Assembly: GCA_012026655.1 (NCBI GenBank)
Contig: JAAILG010001611.1
Span: forward strand, 1-64,000
Source: Hydrolagus affinis
Lineage: Eukaryota
DNA length: 64,000 bases
Direction of reading: 5' to 3'
In this document: positions 53,055-64,000 of the stretch, piece after piece
Numbering within the stretch: position 1 is the stretch's first letter
Layout of the letters: every line of letters begins with the position of its first letter
Translations under genes and position numbers: made by a program
The notes under the pieces: model-generated
Databases searched by the model: none
What the model was told of the DNA's origin: nothing
The model's input: only the letters and a program-made list of their open reading frames with translations

Positions 53055-53385
53055 CAACAACAAAATTACATTTGTATAGTGCCTTTAACGTCGGGAGGAC
53101 GTCCCAAAGTGCAGGAAGATCAGTGTTTCAGACCTGAGCTGGGGTCGGGATCAGAGAGGGTGGAGGGGAGTGATCAATGGTATGGTCGAAGAGGAGGGAC
53201 TTGAAGGAGGCTAACGAGGGAGCGAGGCGGTGGGATTGCGGGATGGAATTCCAAAGGTTGGGTGCAGAGTGGCTGAAGGCTCGTCCGCCAATGGTGGGGC
53301 GGGTGGGCCAGAGGATGTGGAGCGGGCTGGAGCCAGCTGAGAGAACACACTGGTTGGTCGCAGATTAGGAGGTCACAGAGGACAT
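53055..53385 (-). mobile_element. L2 3' fragment
   Basis: (CAA)n tail, shared stem-loop, LWNS/TIGGRAF-type remnants. Confidence 0.7.
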
Positions 53386-53824
53386 GCAAGTGTCAACTTA
53401 ACTCAATCATATGTAGATAGTTTATTTAGTTATGTAATATTGTGGAAATATTGTGTAACCGAGATGCATGTTTCTATTGCATTGTTCTAATATTTATGTA
53501 AGCATCAAATAAATGGAATGGTGCACTCATTCTCTGTCAATTAGTTTTTTAAATAATTTCATATTAAGCTTAGTGTAACAAAATGTAACTTGGTACATGA
53601 ATAATGAATGAATGAATGCAGCTGAAAGAAGAAAGTAGTATTTTCTAATACCATCGCATACGAGGTATAAATAACATTTCCTATGCGTCATCTGGGCTGC
53701 AACGTTTGTGTTTGTGTAACAAAGGTAAAGGGGAAGGTGTGGGTGTGTGGGGGTTGAGAGACTAGCACAATGGTATGTACCGAAGTGTCAGATTGTCTGT
53801 CTGTATTGTGTCTGCACAGAGGGG

Positions 53825-54024
53825 AGAACTATAACTCCCGGTGGGCCATGCGCACCGCGCGCAAGCGCACACCGCGCGGCGTCGGTTCGCCAACCCACGT
53901 GACCCGCTAGCGGTCGGGCAGCCAATGGGGCCGGGCGGTTGAGCCCGCGACGTGTGCCCGCCCTGCGCGCGCTCGGTCAGGGTTCTCTTTCAGCCGCAGC
54001 TGCAGCATCCGAGCAGTCAGCAAG
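53825..54024 (+). promoter_or_regulatory. RAB8B: RAB8B CpG-island promoter
   Basis: ZNF143/THAP11-like AACTATAACTCCCGGTGGGCCATGCG at ~53827, E-box CCACGTGAC at ~53895, CCAAT at ~53922, GC box. Confidence 0.7.
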
Positions 54025-54148
54025 ATGGCGAAGACGTACGATTACCTCTTCAAACTGCTGCTCATCGGCGATAGCGGCGTCGGCAAGACCTGCCTTTTGT
54101 TCAGGTTCTCGGAGGACGCCTTCAACACAACCTTCATCTCCACCATAG
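54025..54148 (+). CDS. RAB8B: Ras-related protein Rab-8B exon 1 (rest of the gene lies beyond the window)
   Basis: [41 protein letters not shown](G); 124 nt; CLLF/NTTF match RAB8B rather than RAB8A; synteny. Confidence 0.95.
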
Positions 54149-55614
54149 GTGAGTGACATGACCGGTTCACCCCGCTTGCCCGCCCAGCCAGCCACCCCGG
54201 GCCGCCCCCTCACGGCCTTGTGTTGTGAAGGGTGTTTGGGGGGAAGTTTGAAGTAGGGGAGGGCGGAGAAAGAAAGAAAAGAAAGAAAGGCCTCGACGTT
54301 CGACTCTTGGTCGCAGTAAAACGGCAGGAAATGGGTTGAACCGAAAAGCTTTTGCGATGCCGCGCTCGATTGGAAAGTCGCCGCAGTTTCCTCGCCCTTT
54401 TGCCTCCCCAGGCTTTGCCTTCCCACCACAGTCGGCGCAACAGTGCTTGGAAGTAACAGGCGGCTAGGGCGAGGGAACTTGTCCCCTCTTCCCCAGCAGT
54501 TCATACAATGGGCCGTGCCCTCAGAGTGCTGCTCGTACACGATATCAGGAACCAACTATTACACACTGTATTTCGGTGTTACAGTATGTGGGTTTCACTG
54601 GGAAGTGAGTGTAAGAGCACGGGCGAACCATTTTAATTTTTTTAAATCAACATACCGTGCTCTATTCGCACTCTGATGAGACTGTAATTACTGAGTCGGA
54701 TACGGTATATTAAGGTGTGATGTAAACTTGCCCACCGTTGTAGCAGCATGGTTTCTGTTTTGTAAAGCACCTGCCATTCATTGTTTTAACATTACGGTTT
54801 TTAAAGCCTTGTATACCATGCAGCGATTCCGAAACAAATTCTAAACTACTGGTGGGGTTTTTTTTGGCTACCCACCGAGACCTTAAATACCATTACATTA
54901 TAGCCTTGCAATAATTCCCAATTGTTTTAATGTGACTGGAATGTCTGGGTGTGGTTTAATCTGTATTACAGTGGACATTGGCTGGTGCGCTTCTTGTAGT
55001 CCGTGTAGTTATGTTCACAAAAAGGGTTGCTGATTGTGACATAATTACTGGAAGTTTGTCAATAGCTGACTGTGGGAAATGCTGCAAAGTGCTTTTGAAT
55101 ACACAATTACATCGAAAGGAGTAATAGTTATAATCTGAGGAATTTTGAGTTGTAAAACCAAACCAAAGCTCGAATGGTTGAGGAGTGTCGTTGCCAAGTT
55201 TAGGACTACCTGTACAGCTGGTAAATTATTTTGATGTACAACTTGCAATATATGTAATTTATTTTTATGTGTGCATAAATAATGCTTTTAGTATTCACTT
55301 CCAGTGCAGTGCTTTTATAGTGTTTGCAGAATTATATTATAGTCTGTTGCTAAAATGATAACTTTCAGCAGATTATATACACAGTGCTTGTGTTTGAAGT
55401 CCTGAACAACTCGGAATTTGACAGTAGTATATGCAGCCACAAATCCTGGGCAGATACACACTTTATAAATCATCTTGTATTGATCGTATACTACACTTCT
55501 GTAGTAGTTCAATTAAATAATGTTTTGAATGCTTAATGTTTAGGCCATTTGTGTCAATTCAAAAACTTTGACAGTCACCAAGCTTGCTTTTCATTTCACC
55601 TTTCAGGCCTCCAA

Positions 55615-56110
55615 AACAACAACAATATTAAACTTGTGTAGTGTTTTTATTGTCAGGAGGACGTCCCATGGTGCTGGGTAGACAGTATTCCAGACCTGTG
55701 CTTGGATAGGGATTGGGGAGGGTGGACAGCAGGGGAAAGGGGGTTGATCAGAAGTACAGTCAAAGGGGAGGGCTTTCAGGTGGGTCTTGAAGGAGGCAAA
55801 GGAGGTGGAGGGACTGCGCAACAGAGTTCCAAAGGGTGGGGGCAGAGTGACTGAAGGCGCACCTGCCAATGGTGGGGCAGGTGAGTGGGGGGTCACAGAG
55901 GTAGGAGGCAGCAAGACAATAGAGGGCTTTGAAAGTGAAGACCAGGGTCTTGAACTGTATCCTTTGTGTGATGGGAAGTCAGGGTGATATTGTCACGGAG
56001 TGGGAGAGGACATGGGCTGCAGAGTTCTGGTTGATCTACAGTCTGTGGAGGGATGAGTTGGGGAGGTCAACGAGCAAGGTGTTTGCATAGCCAAGTCTGA
56101 ATGTTATGAA
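55615..56110 (-). mobile_element. L2 3' fragment
   Basis: Tail stem-loop plus degenerate RLDY/FKTLV/LWNS remnants. Confidence 0.7.
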
Positions 56111-56584
56111 GAAAGGGCTATGAGGATCAGACTTTTGGACTGTATCCTCTTGATGATATGAGCATTATTAAATTGATATATATTCATCTTTAAAGTAACA
56201 ATGCTTTTACAATCTGGTACAATGTACACTGCACTCACACTTATGGCTGTGACTGTTTAGAATTGAATAGCCAAAAAAAATTCTCCTTGGGTAATCAGTA
56301 TTGGGCAGTTTTAATGGCTTAGTTGCAAGTTCAGTCCTAAAGGAGGAACTTTCTAGTCATAAGTTAGTAAATCATGCAGAAAGAAAATGCTTGCATCAAC
56401 TTTTGATCAGTTTCTGAATACAAGATTTCCAGATATTCAATTTAAACCATAAAACGTCTTGTATTTCAACAGTTTTTTTTTCTGATAGGCCTTGGGACGT
56501 CCTCCCGACGTGAAAGGCGCTCTATAAATGTAATTTGTTGTTGTTGTTGTTGTCCAAATCAAGAGGATCCTGTGTCAAAACTAA

Positions 56585-56840
56585 GCCGGTTAGAAATGAG
56601 ATCAGAAGACTATTTCTTCACTAAGCAAATTCTTTATTTGGTTGAGGCAAAATGCACTGCCACAAAAGTCTTTAAAGGCAGAATCAATAGAATGTTTTAA
56701 ATAAAATGAATACTAAGGAAGTAAGAATATTAGATATATGGAGAAAAGGCAGGGAAATGGGTTTCAAATACCTGTCTTGATCTAATGACATGGTGGCGCA
56801 GACTCAATGGGCTAAATGGTCAGCTCCTGTTTGTGTGTTC
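56585..56840 (+). mobile_element. Degenerate CR1 3' end
   Basis: Similar to 14930-15170 (gaaatgagatcagaagactatttcttcact...gggctaaatggtcagctcctgt). Confidence 0.55.
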
Positions 56841-58467
56841 TACCCAAGAACATAAAATATCTGCACACACTGGAAATGTACAATATCTGACTGCTTCAAG
56901 TGATGTGGTGTAGCCCGACAAAATTTGTTCTTCCATCTATTCCTGTAATGGCATCTTTCTGTATCAGTTGCTCTTATAATAACAATAATATATCATTATT
57001 ATTATCTCCAACCAGAGAGAAAAATTGAGATGTATTTCAGGACAAGACCCTATGGTGAATTTTATTGTCTGTTTTAAAGAGTCCTGTAAAACTGGAAATG
57101 TGTGTCTAGATTGAACCCAAACTGGGCGTATACTTTATTCAGTTTGAAATTAGCCACCAGGTAGCTATGGTAAAAAAATAAGGAGGTGTGGGGAGACAAT
57201 TTTACATGGTTTGTCGTTCTCTTCCTCTTGGAATTGTCAGGCCTCTGCGTGGAGCATCCTTCCGACGTTAACAAGCACTTTACAATAATTTTATTTTTGT
57301 TGGTTGAATGGCTGAGTTGTTGACTCAGCATTTGGGGATCCCTGGAATAACATTATGTTATAGTTTTGTAACAGGCGCCCAAATTGCTTAATTTTTTTTG
57401 CTGCAGCTGTAGAGTTCTTCTGGTTTTTCTGGTGTCTTATCCAAGTGATTGTTTGTTTGTGATCTTGGACAGTGAGTGGTCACTCAGGTGACTATTTAAA
57501 TAGTGAGTGCTGCCCAAGATTCTTCAACTATAAGGTGGAAGGAGGACAATGTATTACTGAACACCAGTGCCAATAATGGCATTTTCTTTGTGCTTCGAGT
57601 CCAATTTCTTAATTTGGCACAAAGGAAATTAAAATGGGCCTACAGTATTCTAATTTGTAACATTCAGTGCTACACCATGTGGTGCACTGACTCATCAGGG
57701 GAAAACACCACAGGATTCTTTTTCACATGTTGGAATGGGTTGCTTGTATTGCGTTTCTACATGGATTAATAACTGTGCTGTCTAAAATGTGTTATATAAA
57801 TCCTTAAAGTAAGAATGACAGTATAATCGTTGTATATATTTGCATATCTGAGAAGCTTCTGTTTAGTTTATTTTTACTGATGTACATTTTGATAAATTGC
57901 GTTATGTTGAAACATCTTCAAGTACATCCCATAATTCTGATATGTAAGCAAATACTGCAACTACTACATGCCAAACATTACCCATGGATAGCAAATTAAT
58001 CTGTTAGTGAATTTAAATGATGGAATAATTGGTCAAAACATTAGAAGAACTTGCTTTCATTCAAAGCTCTCAGCAACTATTAACTTATTGTCTTAAAATA
58101 AATTTAGTTGTCTTATAATAAATTTTATTTAATAAACAGCCAAAAAAAAAAAAAATTACACTTGGCATTTTTGTTTTGTAGAGGCATGTAGTTTGATCAT
58201 ATGTTGGAATTTCTTTGGGGGAGTGGAAGGGGAATCCTTGGGAATACCTGAATCATTAGATTTGGTTGGTGACTGTCTTGCTTCATTTCCTATTGAAGAT
58301 TGTTCTGCTTCTGAAAAGGAAAGAAAGATGGCCTGGAATTTCCTGTAATATTGCTTTGAAAGCATTCTGTTCTCATCGGAGGATTTAAAAAAAAGTTTCT
58401 GTTTCATTTTTGATAGGTTTGAATTCTGTAGACAGGGAAATTCTGTTAATTGAATTCAGTTTGATAA

Positions 58468-58905
58468 AACAACAACAAATTGATTTATATAGCGCACTCC
58501 ACGACAGACAGCATCTCAGAGCGCTTCACAATAACGGATCCTGGGACCGAGCCAGGGGAAGGGGGGAAAAAGGTGACCAAAAGTGCGGTAAAAAATAAAT
58601 GTCTTCAGCTGAAAATAGGAAAAGAGGGGGCGGGGCGAAGGGAGTGAGGAAGGGAGTTCCAGAGCCTCGGGGCGTAGTGGCTGAAGGCATGGCCGCCGAC
58701 GGTGGAGCGGAGGATTCGGGGTAAAAGGAGGAGGCCAGACCCGCTAGAGCGAAAGCAACGACTGCTGTTGTGAGGAGGTCAGATAGGTAGGGAGGTGCAG
58801 AGGAGTGGAGGGATTTGAAAACAAGAATGAGGGTCTTGAAATCGATCTGCTCTGAGACAAGGAGCCAGTGAAGTCTGACAAGGACTGGGGTAATCGGGGA
58901 GCGAA
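58468..58905 (-). mobile_element. L2 3' fragment
   Basis: Reverse complement closely resembles 23454-23920. Confidence 0.85.
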
Positions 58906-60177
58906 TTCTTCATGTAACAGGACTAAATCTAAAACTCCTCTCTGGAACTCTGGGTTGCATTAGCCTCCAGCCACACCAGAACTGGAAACTCCTCCAGCAA
59001 TCAGACACATCCTCTTTCGCACATGGCCAATTGCCATTGACCTCTCCGGGGAGTAAGGGAGGAGGAGAGGATGCCAATGACGTTCATGCTGTACTGTAAA
59101 AGGCAGTGATTTGGGACTTTGAGCTTGTTTGGACTCAGATTTATTGGTTTTTATACGAATGCTCATAGGAAAAATTATGCAGTACCAAATTCATATGTCC
59201 AATATTCAGTTAACTTCTATATTTTTAGATTAGGTGTGCAGATAGTTTGAGATTTCAGAATTCTATTCAATAAGATGAATGATTCAATTATCTGAATCAA
59301 AAAATTAATTATTTCCTATTTCACTGAAGTCAGTGGGTAATCAGTAAGAATCCTAGTTGATTTCTCACTCCCCTCTAGCTCAATTAGGTGAATTGTTGTG
59401 TCATTATCTCTACCCTGGATATGATCAACCAACTCATCATAGTTCAAAGTTGGTGGATTTCCACAAGTGCCAGACACCGTTCAAAGATCAAAGTTAGCAT
59501 TTTCTGATTAATTTTCCAGACATGGATATAGCCATTTAGTTACCACATTTTAGATAGTCAATACCTTTGAGATAAATTGGGCTGTTTTAAACTTTTGAGT
59601 GATTCTATCTAATCCTATCGCTATAGTTTATTGATAAGATCCAAACAAGTTAAATTTTGCAAAAGTGTACAAATAGTTACAAAATTCTGAGTGACTGAAG
59701 ACTGGACTTTATTCTTGAACTTCATTAATTGCGTTGCATGTTAAACGGAAGCCATTCAAATGATGCTTTGCCTGAACAAGTTTACGATATTTGAATTTCT
59801 TGTGTCATAATCCATGTAAATATAAATCATAGAGGCCTGAAGTTCAGTGCCCCAGGTGATTTATATTTCCTCTTATGGTAAAAATTCTGTACATTCTTCA
59901 AAATAATTCTGTGGTGAACTGTATGTGCAGGCAGTGGGGTCATCTTGGGTGCTTTATGTGAGATTGATGGAAGAGTATGCTTGAAAACTTGATCTGGATT
60001 CCTAAGCCTTTTTTGCACTTTACTCCCTGACTCGGAATTTAACCACGTTGAACAGTCATGAAAACTGATTTTCAATGACACTACTTTGCATTTTATATTG
60101 CCTTACGCCTTTGAGATGTCTCAAAGTGCTTCACAGAATATACTGTAAAATGAATTGACTATATTTTGTGGGTAATA

Positions 60178-60390
60178 CAGTAAAACCCATTTATCCAGCA
60201 CCCTCGGGACCTGGCCAATGCTGGTTAAAGCGCGTACCGGATATTCGGCCGAAAACGCAAAAAAAAAAAAAAAGAAATTCAGTGCATTTTTCTGGATAAA
60301 TTCCGGTTAATCAAATGCAGACTTTTTTTTGCGATGCCGGTTATACGGAAGTTACGGTTGATCGGGTGCTGGATAAGCTGGCCTTTACTG
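60178..60390. mobile_element. Tc1/mariner (Tigger/pogo-type) MITE, 213 bp, TA target duplication, inserted in a SINE
   Basis: TA|CAGTAAAACCCATTTATCCAGCACCC ... GGGTGCTGGATAAGCTGGCCTTTACTG|TA; SINE sequence continues on both sides. Confidence 0.85.
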
Positions 60391-60609
60391 TACTCAGAAG
60401 CCAATTATGTAGAGATGTCCCACAAACAGTCGTGATTGAGTGACCAAATTATTTATTTTTTGAAGTGTTTATTACCTTTCCCGGAAAAGTAATCCACCAA
60501 ATGATAAGGAACCGGGTTTCTATCTGGTGCTAGGTAAGCAGGCCTGTTTTTTTTCCATAACATCCAGGCTTTACTGTGCAAATTCCTTTGTTGTCAGCTT
60601 CCCCAACTC

Positions 60610-61385
60610 ATCCCTTCATGGGCTGAGGATCATCATCTGCAGCTCGTGTTCTCTCCCACTGCCTGATCATATCACCCTGACTCCACTGACTTCCCATCAC
60701 GCAGAGGATACAGTTCAAGATCCTGGGCATCACCTTCAAAGCCCTCCATGGCCTCGCTCATCACATTCTCTGTGACCTCCTAACCCCTTACCAACCTACA
60801 TTCGACCTCTGCTTATTGGGCTCCAGCCTGTTTCACGTTCCCCGCCTTGCCTGCCCCACCATTGGCGGGCAGGCCTTTAGCCACTGCCCTACCCTCTGGA
60901 ACTCCATTCTTGGAACTCCTGTAGCTCAGCAGTTAGAGCACTCGCCTTGCAAACGTGAGACCTGTGTTCAAATCCAGGCCGATCAGGGCGAAACCTTGGG
61001 AAAGTTTCCACATGCCTAATAATAATCCCTCAAAAAAAATCACAATAATAAAGTTGGTCATTTCAATCCACAACTGTTTGTGGGACACTGCTGTGCACAA
61101 TTGGCTGCCACATTTTGCCCACAAATATACAGTCAATACACTTTACAATGTGTTCTGTGAAGCGCTTTGAGATGTCAGTACGATGTGAAAAGCACTATAT
61201 CAAATGCAATTATTATTATATTATATTCTGCAATCTTTCTGTCTCACTCCTTCAAGACCCACCTGGTCCTCCTCTTCGACTGTGCTTTTGATCGCCCTCT
61301 ACCCTCCCCAATCCCAACCCCCAGCTGAGATGCGGCTTCGTGGGACGTCTTCCCAACGTGAAAGGCACTATACAAATGTAGTGTT
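60610..61385 (+). mobile_element. L2 fragment interrupted by a full-length SINE (60914-61225)
   Basis: L2 remnant ...CCCTCTGGAACTCC, SINE head TCCTGTAGCTCAGCAGTTAGAGCACTCGCCTTGCAAAC, L2 resumes after the (ATT)n tail. Confidence 0.8.
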
Positions 61386-63007
61386 GTGTGGAATAAGGAA
61401 ACCTACCATACGTAGAGACTCCCCAATCTTCATTGTACTTTGCATGCTATTCTTGGCCTTGATACAAATTCCGAAGTGTTGTTGTGGCTTTGACTTGTGA
61501 AAGCCATTTTGAAAATTCAACAAAGTTATATAAGTATCTTAACTCAAATAGACTTAGGATCAATGATGATATCTTTAATATTTGCTTTCTCTCTCAAGTT
61601 TTACTGATCTAGAAAGGCAGATGAGAATATGTTTTGATTTGTCGTCTTCAATGCTAGTTTATGGAACATTGTAAGCTGATCACTAGTCTAATAGGGTGAC
61701 AATTCACTCTAGCTAATCAGTGTCTTTGGCTTTCGTTTTCTTAAATATCCTAATCCATTTGGTTAATTTTTCTGGTGATAATTTTTTTATGCCAATGGGA
61801 AACCTTTATCCTGTTTTTTTTAAAAAGGAGCATAAGAGCCCCAGTGAGCATTATGCATTAGAGCACTTTCATTTAATACATAAGGATTATGGAAAAATTC
61901 AGTGTTTCTAATTTGTAAAATTGATAAATTGAATTTAAGAAGGTGTTTATGATGAGCAATGTTTGGTGGAGTAAAATAGACTACTATTGCCTTGAGATGA
62001 GCCCCAGTGACGACTAGAAATTTTCTTGTACGTGTTGTGAACCCAAGACTTGATACCATTTTGCAAAACATTTTCTCTGTTATCATATGTAATGTATAAG
62101 CATTCCTGAATGTGATATTGTGTCTCAAAACATCATAGGATAATGTAGAGTGCTGATTTTGCAGGGTGATAACATTAATTTTAGGAAATGGTGATTGAAA
62201 TAATCCTGGTGTTTATCTTTCAAAGATTCAATAGAGCTATTTAGTTTGGATATTGTTGGAATTTCATGGAAACTCACTCTCACCATCATTTGTTATATAT
62301 TACTCTGTATTTTAATACTTGCAAAGTTAGGGGAATGGAAGTGTAAAACTCATCTTTGTTAGCTGAATCCACAGGAAGTGGTGAGTCAGACTTTGAATTC
62401 AATGTGAATTTTACCACTTCCTTAGTAACCTCAGTCAGTATGTATTATCTGTGCACTTTATTTTCTAAATGTGAGTATATAACATTCAGAAATAATTGCC
62501 TTTGCAAAATTTCTTATTTGACATATAATGTGGGACCTACTGCTTAGCATTAGGTTAGTATTGAATGCAGTATTGAATTTATTTTTTAAAAGGTACTGTT
62601 TAGTGTTGCACAGAAGTTTAATTAATATTGCAAGTGTTATAGTCTTGTGAAAGGTTATCCCAATTTATTTGTACTATTGCACAACTGCATTATGTAGTTT
62701 TTGTATATACACTTGTTAAGTTAGTGCCTTATTATTAAATGTATGTTGGGGAGGGGGGGCAGTATTCTAGCCAGAATATAGTTTCCAGTGGATTTTCTTC
62801 GAGTTTGTTTTGCGTATAAAATATTTTGTGTTGTGATATTTACTTGCATTCGAGCAATTCGTATGGTGGCACATTTATGCGCTTCACAGCTGTATCGAAT
62901 ATATGTTTGAGTGTATTTAGGTTTTGCCGTATGGTTTATTCACCAGGAGTTTTGCGGTGCATCTTTGTATAATTTCATATTGAACTTTACTGTAATTTGG
63001 TGTCTAG

Positions 63008-63309
63008 TTGTAATAAAAATCCTTGCATTTGACATAGCACTTTTCACGACTTCTAGATGTCTCAAAGTGCTGCACATAATATGCTGTAAAGTGAATTGAC
63101 TGAACATTTGTGGGCGAAACACGGCAGCCAATTCCGTACAGCGCTGTCTCAAACATTCGTGGATTGAAATGACCAATTTATTATTGTATTTTTCGAGGGA
63201 TTATTAATAGGCATATGGAGTAAGAAAATTTGCCCAAGGTTTCACCGTCCTGGGAATTGAACCCAGGTCTCTTTGCTTATAAGACGAGTGCTCTAAGCAC
63301 TGAGCTACA
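63008..63309 (-). mobile_element. Full-length tRNA-derived SINE
   Basis: Same family as 6180 and 45491. Confidence 0.87.
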
Positions 63310-63549
63310 CTGTGAGTACAAAAGGTTTATCAATGTGGTTTTGGAATGTTCCATTAATGCAGCATTCAGCTATGTATTTTATAGCTATGTAGCTATCTCT
63401 TTTGGCAGTTCTAAATTAAGCATATTTTGATGTCTTTTAGATCTGAACAGGTCAAGAATCATTTTTTCTTCATTCATGTCTGTCCATTAAAGTGGAAACA
63501 ACCATCTGTGAACTTTCCATAGTATGTAGCTTCAATGAAGTCATCTGGT

Positions 63550-64000
63550 AGTCATAGAATCTTACGGCATAAAAGGAGGCCGTTCGGCCCATCAAGTCTG
63601 TGCTGTCTCTTTGAAAAGAACAACTCAATCCCACTCCATAGCTCTCTTCCCATAACCGTGCAAACCCGTCCTCCCCAAATAAACATCTACCTCTCTTTTA
63701 AAAGTTGTTATCGAATTGACCTCCACCACCTTTTCAGGCAGTGCATTCCAAATTTGAACAACTCGCTGAGTGAAAAACGTTATCCTCACCTCCCCTCTGC
63801 TTCTTTTAGAAGCTATTTTAAATCTGTGACCTTGGGTCACTGACACACCCACCAGTGGAAACAGTTTTTCCCTGTTTACCCCATTGAATCCCCTCATGAT
63901 CTTGAAAATCTCTGTTGGGTCTCCTCGTAACCTTCTCTGCTCCATTGAGAATAAAATAAACCTAGCCTCTCTTGCCTTTCCTCATATGTGAAGTCCCTCA
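63550..64000 (-). mobile_element. CR1 LINE 3' end
   Basis: ORF 63625..63945(-): EQRRLRGDPTEIFKIMRGF...KLFPL..TQGH..FFTQRVVQIWNALP. Confidence 0.9.

Noticed and set aside
53977-54555. 192-aa minus-strand ORF
   Set aside because: Antisense to the RAB8B CpG island/exon 1; explained by stop-codon scarcity in GC-rich DNA
54149-64000. RAB8B exon 2 (IDFKIRTIELDGK...)
   Set aside because: Not found in the window; the region is treated as intron 1

Overview
Vertebrate genomic DNA, most likely a cartilaginous fish (holocephalan-like; inferred from the repeat content and compact introns). The window holds the conserved gnathostome synteny block TPM1(+) - LACTB(+) - RPS27L(-) - RAB8B(+, exon 1 only). 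TPM1 has all 15 exons (1a,2a,2b,1b,3,4,5,6a,6b,7,8,9a,9b,9c,9d) with canonical splice sites. LACTB has 6 exons (580 aa) and RPS27L has 4 exons (84 aa). The unexpected element is an intact, intronless, highly divergent cytoplasmic intermediate-filament (IF) gene (338 aa from ATG 30876). It is nested on the same strand inside LACTB intron 1, has a candidate CpG-rich/CRE promoter and poly(A) signal of its own, and its rod is about 30 residues shorter than canonical. Other points of note: a 137-bp near-perfect hairpin in LACTB intron 5, a TA-flanked Tc1/mariner-type MITE inside a SINE, proline substitutions in the RPS27L zinc finger, Cys190->Ser in tropomyosin, and a conserved steric branch-point arrangement for TPM1 exons 2a/2b. 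Introns are rich in tRNA-derived SINEs, L2 and CR1 fragments. There are two 100-N assembly gaps. Repeat boundaries are approximate.
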